A stretch of DNA of 64,000 bases, taken from positions 1 to 64,000 of the IMG/VR virus record IMGVR_UViG_3300046804_005146. One strand, 5' to 3'. Below, one piece after another: positions 20,194-29,709 of this stretch. The notes under the pieces are model-generated. The model was not told where the DNA came from. It searched no databases and saw nothing but the letters and a program-made list of their open reading frames with translations. The position numbers were made by a program, and so were the translations under genes. Numbering within the stretch: the first letter of the stretch is position 1; each line of letters opens with the position of its first letter. The stretch is from a virus.

Positions 20194-20885
20194 TTAATTA
20201 TCCAGTTTGATTTGAAGGTTGGTGTTGGGTGATTTTCTTTCTTTAATAATATCTTTTTATTAGGTATATTCAACTGTTCGACAAAATTAGCCATAGCACT
20301 ATCTACTAATGCAATACAATTAGCTTTTTCAATAATTTTACGCCAATAAAAAATACTGTGTTTATCATTAATTTCTATAATTTGATGTTTACTTTCAAAT
20401 TTAACATTTAATTGTCCTCTAGAATGTTTAATACCGACAAGATCATATTTTTCTTGTTTAACATACAAATCATAAACTTCATTTTCTTTTTCTATATTTC
20501 TATTGTAAGTTAATGACCATTTTTTATCAAAAGGTACTTTAGCTTTTCTATATTTAAATTCATCAAATTTTTCAGGTCCAAATCCATCGCCTTCTTTTAC
20601 ATACTCATCTGTAACCATGCTACCAGGAAATGTTGCAGCTAAATCAAAAATAGCATCAGGTTTGTAATTAATTAAAGTGCCTTTAGCTTGTGGTACACAA
20701 TTGTAAACATCATCTGTTACCGGTAAAAAACTAACATAAGGTGCAGCTTCAGTAAACATACTAACATACTGATGAAATATAGGCCAAATTACCTTTACAC
20801 CTAACTCGTTATAATAACTTGCTATAGGTAAGCATATTATTAAATCTCCAAGTTTACCAGGTTGGATTATACCTACTGTTTTCAT
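20190..20885 (-). CDS. GT9-like glycosyltransferase
   Basis: KLGDLIICLP, LVDSAMANF. Confidence 0.6.
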   Translation of the reverse strand: MKTVGIIQPGKLGDLIICLPIASYYNELGVKVIWPIFHQYVSMFTEAAPYVSFLPVTDDVYNCVPQAKGTLINYKPDAIFDLAATFPGSMVTDEYVKEGDGFGPEKFDEFKYRKAKVPFDKKWSLTYNRNIEKENEVYDLYVKQEKYDLVGIKHSRGQLNVKFESKHQIIEINDKHSIFYWRKIIEKANCIALVDSAMANFVEQLNIPNKKILLKKENHPTPTFKSNWIIK

Positions 20886-21478
20886 ATTTTAATAGACGAT
20901 TTATAAACTCCGGTGTATACTCCTTCTTGAATTGCAGGTCTAGTGTAACAAGATCTTAACCCTTCTTTTTCAATCATTTCATTTAAAAAGTGATCTGGTG
21001 TTTTTGGATTAATACTCCAATGCTTTAATATTTTTCTAACCGCGTCTAAAGTTACCATATAGCAGTGAGCACAACGTGTTCTATAATCAGGGTGATAATA
21101 AACATGTTTACCTTCTATATTTTCATATGGTTCTATTTCACAACAAGTACCATGAAACATAATATCTCCTTTTAACCCTCTAAACTCCTTTAAAAAAATC
21201 TCTTCATATTTCCTATATTCTTTCCATAACACTACATCATCTTCAAATATAGTAGCTATTTCTACATTGTTCTTATCCATGTGTTCAAAAACGTATTTGT
21301 GCTTAAGATACAAAGAGTATTCTCTAATATTAATAAATCTATGTTGCTCAGGTAGTTCGATGTGTTCTGGTAAATACCCGGTAACCCAAATGGGATCAAT
21401 ATTTAGAAGTTTGAAACAGTGATCTAAATATTTTTTACGTTGAGTTAGTGGTGTGTGATGTAAAACGTAGTAATTCAA
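20882..21478 (-). CDS. GT25-like glycosyltransferase
   Basis: YVLH..RK, SLYLKH, IFEDD, AHCYMVT. Confidence 0.75.
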   Translation of the reverse strand: MNYYVLHHTPLTQRKKYLDHCFKLLNIDPIWVTGYLPEHIELPEQHRFINIREYSLYLKHKYVFEHMDKNNVEIATIFEDDVVLWKEYRKYEEIFLKEFRGLKGDIMFHGTCCEIEPYENIEGKHVYYHPDYRTRCAHCYMVTLDAVRKILKHWSINPKTPDHFLNEMIEKEGLRSCYTRPAIQEGVYTGVYKSSIKI

Positions 21479-22224
21479 ATTGCACCTCCTTGGGTGTCAA
21501 CTTTACTCCAGTCAGGAGTAACACCGGTACGTATACTAACAATCTTAACATCGTTAATTCTTTCTTGAACTAAATCGTACCATAATTTATCGCTTATTTT
21601 ATTAGTATCAGCTATTGCCATTCTATCTGCTACCCCGTCTTTTTTATCTTTACCTAGTACCCAATGACGGTGTTCTATCATAATATCACCACGATACTTA
21701 AGTCTACCTACTGATGAGAACACTTGATGTAACCATTGATCGACCCAGTTAATTTTAAACTCTTCTCTCATGAACTTACCGTCCATTATATTTGCATACT
21801 CTCTATGACAGAAAAAATTAACGGCTAATTTTTCGCCATGATATCCATCGTTACAATGTATTCCTAAAATTTTATCATCTGGTGCATTTTTAAATTCTGT
21901 TAATAGCATTTCATCCCAATTAGGTGTCTTGAATACCATATCATCACCTATCATTGAAATAATTTCTTCATTAGACGCAGCTACACATTCATTCCACATT
22001 TTACCGAGACCTATAAATTTACCTTCATTGTGAATGTTAACTATTTTAACGCAAGGTATAGCATTAGCTACCTTTGTAATGATTGGTAATGTGGGATCAT
22101 CGTCATCCACACCAAAATAGATATTAACGTTATTAATATCTTTAACAGTGGTTAAAATAGACATTAACATTGTTAAACGTCTGTTCATTCGTTCACGAGA
22201 TGGTACTAATATTGCAATTTTCAT
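21475..22224 (-). CDS. GT2-like glycosyltransferase
   Basis: ILVPSRER, GVDDDD, IGDD, IEHRH. Confidence 0.75.
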   Translation of the reverse strand: MKIAILVPSRERMNRRLTMLMSILTTVKDINNVNIYFGVDDDDPTLPIITKVANAIPCVKIVNIHNEGKFIGLGKMWNECVAASNEEIISMIGDDMVFKTPNWDEMLLTEFKNAPDDKILGIHCNDGYHGEKLAVNFFCHREYANIMDGKFMREEFKINWVDQWLHQVFSSVGRLKYRGDIMIEHRHWVLGKDKKDGVADRMAIADTNKISDKLWYDLVQERINDVKIVSIRTGVTPDWSKVDTQGGAI

Positions 22225-23486
22225 TCTGGATATCCTTTGTCAAATTCATCAAAAACCTGACCGACAAACTCACCGTCAGGTAAAGCCACGTGAGGCGGGA
22301 AAGGTTTCTTTTCTATATATGTGCAGTGCACTTGAGCTGCGTTTTTAATCAACGGGTATACTCTATCTGCTAAAAAGAACTGATCGCACGAATATTTGTC
22401 ATATTGATTCCAATTAGCAATCATACCCCGTATATTGTTTATATATCCTGGAGTACCTCCCCACAAACCACCTTGAATTGGAAATACGTGATTCTTATGA
22501 TCTCTCATAATATGGAAGGGTTGCTTTGAATCAATCCAATCAGTTACTGCCACTGCTTCTTTTCTATTAAATCTTGAGTCAGCATCTCTTATACAAAAAC
22601 GTTTAACTGATAAATCGTCATTTACCCAGAAACGCCAGTACATACCTTCAAATGAGCCTAAACCACCTGGAGTTTGATAAACTTGGCAACCTAAACCATG
22701 TAGTTTTTTAGCAAACTCCATATCTATTGTCTTGTCAATATAGAATCTTAATTTCCACCCAGGGTAAACAGATTTTGCTAATTCAATATTTTTTAAAGCA
22801 CCGTAACGATATTTTTCTTTATTACCCCATAGACTTATTGAGATGATATTTGAACCGTTTAAGCTATATAAATATGCAAAGTCTTTTAATGTTTTAACAT
22901 AATGATACGAAACAGGTTCATTATACTCATCGTTATATACTGTATAGTTATGAGGATGTATACCTTCTAAATGATCAAATTTTATTTTCAATCTTCTCAT
23001 TACAGACCCAAAAGTAACGTCACCGTAACCTGTTCTCTCTAGAGGTATTTCAGGTAAAGATGTAATTAAATTTCTACTTATACAATAACCAGCTCCACCA
23101 GAACAATATTCAAAATCTTGACCCATTGCAGTGTATACTGGATTCAATGGGTCACTTTTTTTGTTTAAGACGTATCCCCAAACTCTATTAGGGTCAACGA
23201 TTCTAAGCTTTTTCTTTAAATTTTCTGTAAAAATAAAAGTATCATTATCACAAAAACAGAACCAGTCATATTGTAAATGTTTGTAATTCTTAATTACATA
23301 ATTGATACCAAAAATTTGCTTCTCTTCATTACTTGCATATGTATCGTTATCTGTACATTTTAGTTTGTAATCACCCTCTTCATCAGTTAGATAAAGATAC
23401 TCTTGACCTTTCAACCAAGTGTTTAGTTGATTATAATCCCTTTCAGGTTGATGTTTTGTTGTAAGTATTAAATACAGTACTTTCAT
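22221..23486 (-). CDS. Two-domain glycosyltransferase (Fringe/GT31-like plus second GT-A-like domain)
   Basis: WFCFCDNDTF and SGGAGY; then ISLWG..YPGW, RDADSR, HIMRDH. Confidence 0.7.
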   Translation of the reverse strand: MKVLYLILTTKHQPERDYNQLNTWLKGQEYLYLTDEEGDYKLKCTDNDTYASNEEKQIFGINYVIKNYKHLQYDWFCFCDNDTFIFTENLKKKLRIVDPNRVWGYVLNKKSDPLNPVYTAMGQDFEYCSGGAGYCISRNLITSLPEIPLERTGYGDVTFGSVMRRLKIKFDHLEGIHPHNYTVYNDEYNEPVSYHYVKTLKDFAYLYSLNGSNIISISLWGNKEKYRYGALKNIELAKSVYPGWKLRFYIDKTIDMEFAKKLHGLGCQVYQTPGGLGSFEGMYWRFWVNDDLSVKRFCIRDADSRFNRKEAVAVTDWIDSKQPFHIMRDHKNHVFPIQGGLWGGTPGYINNIRGMIANWNQYDKYSCDQFFLADRVYPLIKNAAQVHCTYIEKKPFPPHVALPDGEFVGQVFDEFDKGYPE

Positions 23487-24309
23487 TTTTCAATTTTTTA
23501 ATGATTTGAATTACTTCTTCTTTACCAACAAAAGGAGGCTGATTAGGGTAATGGCCGTGTTTACGTAAGTAAATTTCTCTACCACCATACACGTTTTTAG
23601 CCCACTGTTCGGATTTATTTGCAATGGAAGAGTTATCTATAGCTCCCGGTGCTTCAGTTAAATACTCTGTGCTATCAGCTAAATCAGCAAACCACCAAAA
23701 TGGTGGGTGGTAACCTGCTTTGATAATACGGTATGTATGGTCTACATGCTCCCATGCGTTATAAAATTCTTCATCAATATAACCTACCTTTTCTAAAACT
23801 TCTCTTGTAAAAAAAGAAAACATAGCTACTGTATGCTCATATAGTGCAATCTTCAAATCTTTACTATATTCTATAACAATTTTTGGATTAGGTTCACTGT
23901 GTTGATCTAATAAATGTCTGTTATGTAAATCAAAATTTTGAATAGTTTGTTTTCTATTAAAAGGAGAGCCAGGGCCGTAATTAAAGTGATGTATACCTGA
24001 TAATTTAAATGCTTTAATATACTTGTCGAATATTTCTCCGTTTTTAATAAGCATATCATCTTCAATAATAAAGATGTAATCGCAATCTTTATCATAAAGA
24101 TATTTCATGGCTTTATTTTTAGATTTACCTACCCCTAAATTTTTAGGATTATCTAACCAAACACCAAAAGATAAATCAAAATCGTTGATAGGGGATCCGT
24201 CATTTACAACTACCAATTCATTAATTTTGCTGTATGGAATCGTGTTTAAAAGGTTGCGTAAGTAATCGGGTCTATTACAAGTAATGATGCCTACACCTAT
24301 TTTAGCCAT
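23443..24309 (-). CDS. GT2 glycosyltransferase
   Basis: IITCNRP, VVNDGS, IEDD, VGYIDEEF, EHVD. Confidence 0.85.
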   Translation of the reverse strand: MAKIGVGIITCNRPDYLRNLLNTIPYSKINELVVVNDGSPINDFDLSFGVWLDNPKNLGVGKSKNKAMKYLYDKDCDYIFIIEDDMLIKNGEIFDKYIKAFKLSGIHHFNYGPGSPFNRKQTIQNFDLHNRHLLDQHSEPNPKIVIEYSKDLKIALYEHTVAMFSFFTREVLEKVGYIDEEFYNAWEHVDHTYRIIKAGYHPPFWWFADLADSTEYLTEAPGAIDNSSIANKSEQWAKNVYGGREIYLRKHGHYPNQPPFVGKEEVIQIIKKLKNESTVFNTYNKTST

Positions 24310-24314
24310 AAGCT

Positions 24315-24342
24315 ATTTTAATAAATAATTGATATATGTCAA
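24315..24342 (-). promoter_or_regulatory. Sigma70-like promoter of glycosyltransferase operon
   Basis: TTGACA-N16-TAAAAT-N5-ATG(24309). Confidence 0.65.
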
Positions 24343-25049
24343 CTACGAAGATTAACTTCAATCAACTTCCAGTAGCGGATGAAGTAAAGAATAACGATTA
24401 CTTTATTATTGATGATGAAGTTGTAACTAAAAGAGTTCAATTTACAAATATAGTTTTTGGTTTAGATAATGTAACATTTGCAAGTACTATTTCTGCTAAC
24501 TCTACTGATATAAATACCCTATCATCTGATGTAATTACATTATCAGGTGAGCTGTATCAGGAAGCTGATATATTAACTTCGTTAATTACAACTACCGTAC
24601 AAGCTGCTACCGGTTCTTTAGTTAACTTATTGTATCCAGTTGGTAGTATAAAATACACTGTAGCTAACGTTAGTCCAAGTGTAACGTTGCCTGGTACAAG
24701 TTGGATTCAAATTTCTCAGGGTAGATATATTGCTGGTGTTGGTACTGGTACAGATGCTAATAGTAATATATTTGAGGTTAGAGAAAGAGTTGTTGGTACT
24801 AATACTACAGAGACTGAATACGTTCACACATTAACAACAGCAGAAATACCTGCTCATAGTCATACTATCAATCCATTGTATGCTGGTAATGCAGACGGTA
24901 ATGACTCGTTTAAAGATGAAGGTACACCAAGAACTGTACCAGGCACTACTAATACATACTTTAATGCAACTAACAATGCAGGTGGAGGTAGTGCTCACAA
25001 TAACAAGCCTCCTGTGTATGGTTTATACGTTTGGGAAAGAGTATCTTAA
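24336..25049 (+). CDS. Baseplate/tail structural protein with gp10 C-terminal-like domain
   Basis: LYPVGSI, HTLTTAEIPAHSH, AHNNKPP..YVWER. Confidence 0.75.
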   Translation: MSTTKINFNQLPVADEVKNNDYFIIDDEVVTKRVQFTNIVFGLDNVTFASTISANSTDINTLSSDVITLSGELYQEADILTSLITTTVQAATGSLVNLLYPVGSIKYTVANVSPSVTLPGTSWIQISQGRYIAGVGTGTDANSNIFEVRERVVGTNTTETEYVHTLTTAEIPAHSHTINPLYAGNADGNDSFKDEGTPRTVPGTTNTYFNATNNAGGGSAHNNKPPVYGLYVWERVS

Positions 25050-25819
25050 CGTTTTGTCTTTTTGACGAAATCTTTAATTTTGTTTATCTCTTTCTTATAA
25101 GCCGTTTCATTATTTGCAATCTTTTTTTGCTCTTTTAACAACGCTTCCATAGCTGTTAAATTTTCAGGATTGAAAAGATTATCAGGTGTTGAAGGATCTC
25201 CTCCAATAGGTTGACCGTCCTTATCAACATAAAACTTTATCATTTGAATTCTCTCAAGAGGATTACCAAATATTTCAATCATACCTGGTTGATCATTTTT
25301 AGGAAAGAAAGGGTTCTTACCACTGTTTAAGGTGTATTGATTGTATATTGCTTTAAAAATACTATCGATCTCTTTAATATAAACAGGGTCTATTTCTCTT
25401 TCTTTACTCTTATCTTCTTTAATGGGCACGGGAGCTACTTTAGTAATTGGTGTAAAGAAAATAATATCTAAAAATCTCATACTTTCTCTTACGATAGGTA
25501 TACATTTATCGATAAATTCTTTATCGATATCGCTGGTTTGTTTTTCCATACACCACATAGAATAGACAAGATTGTCTAAAGGACAGCGATCAAAAATTAC
25601 ATTGTCAGTTCTTTTATATTTTTGCAATTCATCAACCATAAAGTTGAGAATTTTCCATTGAGAGTCTTTAGTAGCGTTTTTACTGTGTGGTAGTTTTTCT
25701 TTCTTTAAAAGTTCTCTGTATGTAGAGCTTTCTTTCTTATAAACAGGCCATTCAGCTAAAAAATCGTTTATTAACGTAGTCTTACCTTGATTTGCAGAAC
25801 CGGATATTGCTAGACGCAT
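25046..25819 (-). CDS. Second P-loop nucleotide kinase-like protein
   Basis: GSANQGKTT, IFDRCPLDNLVYS. Confidence 0.75.
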   Translation of the reverse strand: MRLAISGSANQGKTTLINDFLAEWPVYKKESSTYRELLKKEKLPHSKNATKDSQWKILNFMVDELQKYKRTDNVIFDRCPLDNLVYSMWCMEKQTSDIDKEFIDKCIPIVRESMRFLDIIFFTPITKVAPVPIKEDKSKEREIDPVYIKEIDSIFKAIYNQYTLNSGKNPFFPKNDQPGMIEIFGNPLERIQMIKFYVDKDGQPIGGDPSTPDNLFNPENLTAMEALLKEQKKIANNETAYKKEINKIKDFVKKTKR

Positions 25820-25854
25820 TTAATAATTTAGATACGTCTGATATTAAATCAATA

Positions 25855-26385
25855 TTACTGTTTCCAGGCCTGACCTACTGAACCCGGTTGCTGTTGTGCT
25901 GATTGTTGAGGCTGTTGCCCTGTTGCTTGTTGCTGAGGTTGCGCTGGTGATAAAGCACCAGCTTGAGGGTTTTGCACTTGCATTCCAGCATCTTGTTTTA
26001 TTCTGTTAACGATTTCGTTAAACGAGTTTTGTAATGAGTTTAATACGTTGCTAGGATCTACGTCTATCTCAATTCCTAGTTTATTTAAATCGTTTTGAAT
26101 ATCGTTCATCACTTTTGTTACTTTATTAGCAGCAGAATTTCTATAACTCTCGACCTTTGCAATATCGGACTGTGCTTTAGCTTGACCACCTGCTGCAGCT
26201 GCTTGTTGACTTGCTGCTACATTGCCTGTGAACCCAGCTTTAGCTGCTTTTGCACTTGCTTTAGCTCTAGCTGGTAAATTTTTAACAGTTGCTTTAGCTT
26301 GACTACCTCTTGCTTTTAAACGATCCAAAATGCCTTCGTTCACGTTATTGTAAGCCTCAAAAATCAAGTGGGAGTCCTTATTCAT
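25855..26385 (-). CDS. Ala/Gln-rich putative internal virion protein
   Basis: LIFEAY..VNEGILDRLKA; TAAATA 6 nt upstream. Confidence 0.65.
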   Translation of the reverse strand: MNKDSHLIFEAYNNVNEGILDRLKARGSQAKATVKNLPARAKASAKAAKAGFTGNVAASQQAAAAGGQAKAQSDIAKVESYRNSAANKVTKVMNDIQNDLNKLGIEIDVDPSNVLNSLQNSFNEIVNRIKQDAGMQVQNPQAGALSPAQPQQQATGQQPQQSAQQQPGSVGQAWKQ

Positions 26386-26409
26386 ATGTATTATTTATTA
26401 AATACTTAT

Positions 26410-27381
26410 ATGCGCACCTTAAAAATATCTTCTCTCATATTATTAACGTTTCTAATGACTGGCTGCCAAATGATACCTAGTTTTAAATGGCCTTTTGGAG
26501 ATAAAAAACCAGATATTGATGTACCAGCTTTAACAGCTAAAATAGCAGCAGAAGAAGCTGCTAAAATGGCTGCTAAATTAGCTGAAGCAGATAAAAAGGT
26601 AGAAGAAGCTCGTAAAAAAATGGAGTTAGATTATGCAAAACAAAAAGAAGAGTTACAAAAGATTTACGATGAAAGAGCTCAAAAAGTAAGAGAAAATATG
26701 ACTAAAGTAGGTGAATTGAATTATGGTATTTTTTATGTTTCAGAAGAAAAACGTAAACAGGATATAAACACAACTATATCATATCTACGTTCAAAAGAAA
26801 TAATGAATCGTATGGACACTTTAACTGAAAACTCTATCGATAAAGTAAAAAGAGAAGTTGAAGAAGAAAAGAAAAAATCTTTTGATGAATTATTTGCAAA
26901 ATATAAAGCAAGTACAGATTTAGCTATTCATCAAAAACAAGCACTTGATGCTGCACAGGCTTTAATTGAACAAAGAGAAAAAGAAATGGCAGCTTTAAGA
27001 GAAGCTAACAAAGTAACTATAGAAAAATTAGAAGCAGAAAAACGTCTTGAATACGCTAAACAGCAAAATGAAGCGGAAAATAAAGCTAAAGCAGCTAAAG
27101 AAGCAATGAGAATGGAAATGATAGGTTATATCATGAAAGCTCTTGTAGGTGTAGGTGTAGTATTTCTACTTCTTGCTGGTATAATGAAAAGTCTAACATT
27201 TATGGGAGCAGCTGTATTTTCGTTTGGTCTAGCTTATTTAGCAGCTACCGTTCCTTTCTGGATTATTGCTAGTGTTATGGGTGTAATAGTAATGCTTGTA
27301 ATATTTATAGATCCTAAGACCGGCAAATTTACTTGGATAAGTAAACCTACTTCAGTTGCAAAAGATAAAGCAAGTGGTTAA
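26410..27381 (+). CDS. Lipoprotein with long coiled coil and C-terminal transmembrane segments (u-spanin-like topology)
   Basis: Start moved to ATG 26410; signal peptide with lipobox MTGC (Cys19); hydrophobic C-terminus. Confidence 0.65.
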   Translation: MRTLKISSLILLTFLMTGCQMIPSFKWPFGDKKPDIDVPALTAKIAAEEAAKMAAKLAEADKKVEEARKKMELDYAKQKEELQKIYDERAQKVRENMTKVGELNYGIFYVSEEKRKQDINTTISYLRSKEIMNRMDTLTENSIDKVKREVEEEKKKSFDELFAKYKASTDLAIHQKQALDAAQALIEQREKEMAALREANKVTIEKLEAEKRLEYAKQQNEAENKAKAAKEAMRMEMIGYIMKALVGVGVVFLLLAGIMKSLTFMGAAVFSFGLAYLAATVPFWIIASVMGVIVMLVIFIDPKTGKFTWISKPTSVAKDKASG

Positions 27382-27712
27382 TATTACCTTCTATATCATC
27401 TGCAATATTGTGTAAATCTCTATCATTTTCTGTAAGTAATTCGGTACGTATGTAAGAAAGTAATGCACGTTTCTTATTACCTATTACCTTTGTTATATCG
27501 ATATCCTCACTATAACTCTCAACGTTTAAAACGAATTCAACCTTTAAAATATTTTTACCATACTTACCGTAATACGTTTCGATAAATTTATCGAACAGTT
27601 CACTCAATTCGTCGTATGCTTTACCTAAAGCTTTATGTTCTGCATATGAAAATGTCTGCCAATGGAAAATTCTAATTTGATCTAAAAACGATAAAAACGG
27701 TACTAGTTTCAC
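27347..27712 (-). CDS. Ferritin/Dps-like four-helix protein
   Basis: IFHWQT..AEHKALG..YD..DKFIE; GTG 27712 lies 5 nt after TATAAATA. Confidence 0.7.
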   Translation of the reverse strand: MKLVPFLSFLDQIRIFHWQTFSYAEHKALGKAYDELSELFDKFIETYYGKYGKNILKVEFVLNVESYSEDIDITKVIGNKKRALLSYIRTELLTENDRDLHNIADDIEGNINHLLYLLQLK

Positions 27713-27720
27713 ATAATTAT

Positions 27721-27879
27721 TTATACTAGCTCTTCTACAATGCCTAGTATTTCTGACGCGATAACTAGAGAACCAGCCCCGTAAAGGCCGCCCCATAATA
27801 AATACAAACCAGCACCGATACGCAGAATACTCTTAATAACACTGATTCTAAAATGCCATTTAGGGTCTGGAGTATTCAT
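27721..27879 (-). CDS. Small membrane protein (52 aa)
   Basis: Not in ORF track. MNTPDPKWHFRISVIKSILRIGAG...EILGIVEELV; directly after queE. Confidence 0.65.
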   Translation of the reverse strand: MNTPDPKWHFRISVIKSILRIGAGLYLLWGGLYGAGSLVIASEILGIVEELV

Positions 27880-27880
27880 A

Positions 27881-28687
27881 TTAAACCTTTAATGCTTTAT
27901 CCCAAATTTGTAGATGCAGTCTATTGGAAAACTTAAAGCCATGTTTCTTACAAATATCAGCTACAGCTGGCGCAACATTTGTAAGCTCATTACGGCTACC
28001 ACACATAGGCATAATCCAAACACGATTGCGTGGGAGATTAATGTCAGGGTTATTAATAAATTTAGTAAAAACTTCATCTAGATCTGATTCTTGTTTAGCT
28101 ACAAATTTAAAGCACGCATATTGTTGTACTAAAAACTTAAGGACGTCCGGCTTGAAACGTTTATCTTCCGGGTCTCCATTATTAGTTAGTTTTGGTGAAG
28201 TTGTGAATGTACAAATCCATTTACCACTATCAACCCATTCCTGATCTGGCATAACAGTACCATTAGTTTCAAAGTCAATATAAAGATCAGGTTTGTCATT
28301 TTCTGACCTATCTACTACTTTATCAAAACTACTAAACCCCCAACGTTCGTGTATAAATTTAACAAATTCAATTAAATTTTTCTGTTGAATAAAAGGTTCA
28401 CCACCAGTAATCTTAAAAATTGCACCTTCTCTTAAACGATCATGGTATCCGTTCTTTTCAAAAAATTGAGCAATCTCTTCGAAAGTCATTTTATTCTTTT
28501 TAGACCAACTTACGTAGCTATCACACCCAAAAGGTGCATCTTCACTCTTAAAACCAATGCACGTGAGATTACACATTGATAGTCTCATGAATACTGACGG
28601 CCATCCGATATACTCACCTTCACCTTCAAGAGTGTAAAATACAAAGTCGTCTGATAAAAACAAGGTCTTACTCGGATCAATATTCAT
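27881..28687 (-). CDS. queE: 7-carboxy-7-deazaguanine synthase (radical SAM)
   Basis: FYTLEGEG, FMRLSMCNLTC..CDS, TGGEP, ETNGT, SPKL, RLH. Confidence 0.9.
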   Translation of the reverse strand: MNIDPSKTLFLSDDFVFYTLEGEGEYIGWPSVFMRLSMCNLTCIGFKSEDAPFGCDSYVSWSKKNKMTFEEIAQFFEKNGYHDRLREGAIFKITGGEPFIQQKNLIEFVKFIHERWGFSSFDKVVDRSENDKPDLYIDFETNGTVMPDQEWVDSGKWICTFTTSPKLTNNGDPEDKRFKPDVLKFLVQQYACFKFVAKQESDLDEVFTKFINNPDINLPRNRVWIMPMCGSRNELTNVAPAVADICKKHGFKFSNRLHLQIWDKALKV

Positions 28688-28743
28688 ACTTTATATTGTA
28701 TGACATACAGTGAAAAATCAAATAACAATCTAAATATTTTTAG

Positions 28744-29481
28744 ATGTCTAAAAAAACTAAGCGTAAAAAAATAAAAGAAATAGAAGAATTAGAAACAGCA
28801 TTAGTTAAAAGTAAATGGGAGTATGATTTCGAAGTAACCAATAGATATACGCTAAACTATAATCAACAAAGTTTAGTTGAAACTATGCTTCGTGATGATA
28901 CTTTTATGAGTATAGTAGATGGTCCAGCAGGTACAGCAAAAACTTATTTAGCTGTATATGCTGCATTAAAGTTAATATCGCAGCGTAAATTAGAAAGCAT
29001 AGTTTACATTAGAAGTGTAGTGGAAAGTGCTAGTAAGAGTATTGGATCATTACCAGGTGAAATCGATGAAAAGTTTGCACCGTGGTCTATGCCTTTAAAT
29101 GATAAACTAGAAGAATTAGTTTCTACAACGGTAATTAAAAATTTACATAGTACTAATGTACTTCGTAGTATACCTGTTAATTTCGTAAGAGGATTAACGT
29201 TTAGAAACTGTTTTGTTATAGTAGATGAAGCTCAAAATTTAACTTTAGGTGAGTTAACTACTATTCTCACTAGATTTGGCCGCAATACTAAATACGTAAT
29301 AGCCGGTGATACTTCTCAAAGTGACATTGGTAAAAATAGCGGATTTCCTTCTATATGTAATAAATTTGCTGGAGTTGAATGTGAACAAAAAGGTATATTC
29401 AACTTTAAGTTTACCGAAGACGATATAGTTAGAAGTGAGATATTACGTTTTATTGTCAGTAGACTTCAAAAGAGCGGCTAA
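28744..29481 (+). CDS. phoH: PhoH-like ATPase
   Basis: GPAGTAKT, RGLTF, DEAQN, GDTSQSD, DIVRS. Confidence 0.92.
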   Translation: MSKKTKRKKIKEIEELETALVKSKWEYDFEVTNRYTLNYNQQSLVETMLRDDTFMSIVDGPAGTAKTYLAVYAALKLISQRKLESIVYIRSVVESASKSIGSLPGEIDEKFAPWSMPLNDKLEELVSTTVIKNLHSTNVLRSIPVNFVRGLTFRNCFVIVDEAQNLTLGELTTILTRFGRNTKYVIAGDTSQSDIGKNSGFPSICNKFAGVECEQKGIFNFKFTEDDIVRSEILRFIVSRLQKSG

Positions 29482-29709
29482 TTCTTTTAAAGCCTCTTCA
29501 GTACTAACATGTCTTACGTTATTTTTAGGTAAGACGGGGTCAGGCTTTTTATTCTGTTCAATTAACTTTTGATTCATTAGTTTGTTGACGTTGTTCTCAA
29601 GCTGAACTAATTTTGGATCTCTAGTTTTTTCTTGAAAAGAAGATTTTACTTCGTGTAAATTATTTTTGGGTAAAATTTTTAAAAGCCTGACCTGTTGTTC
29701 TAAGTTCAC
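29443..29709 (-). CDS. Hypothetical protein
   Basis: 88 aa, overlaps queD stop. Confidence 0.5.
   Translation of the reverse strand: MNLEQQVRLLKILPKNNLHEVKSSFQEKTRDPKLVQLENNVNKLMNQKLIEQNKKPDPVLPKNNVRHVSTEEALKELAALLKSTDNKT

Noticed and set aside
27713-27796. 5' extension of the Dps-like ORF
   Set aside because: Overlaps the 52 aa membrane gene; GTG 27712 fits the promoter spacing
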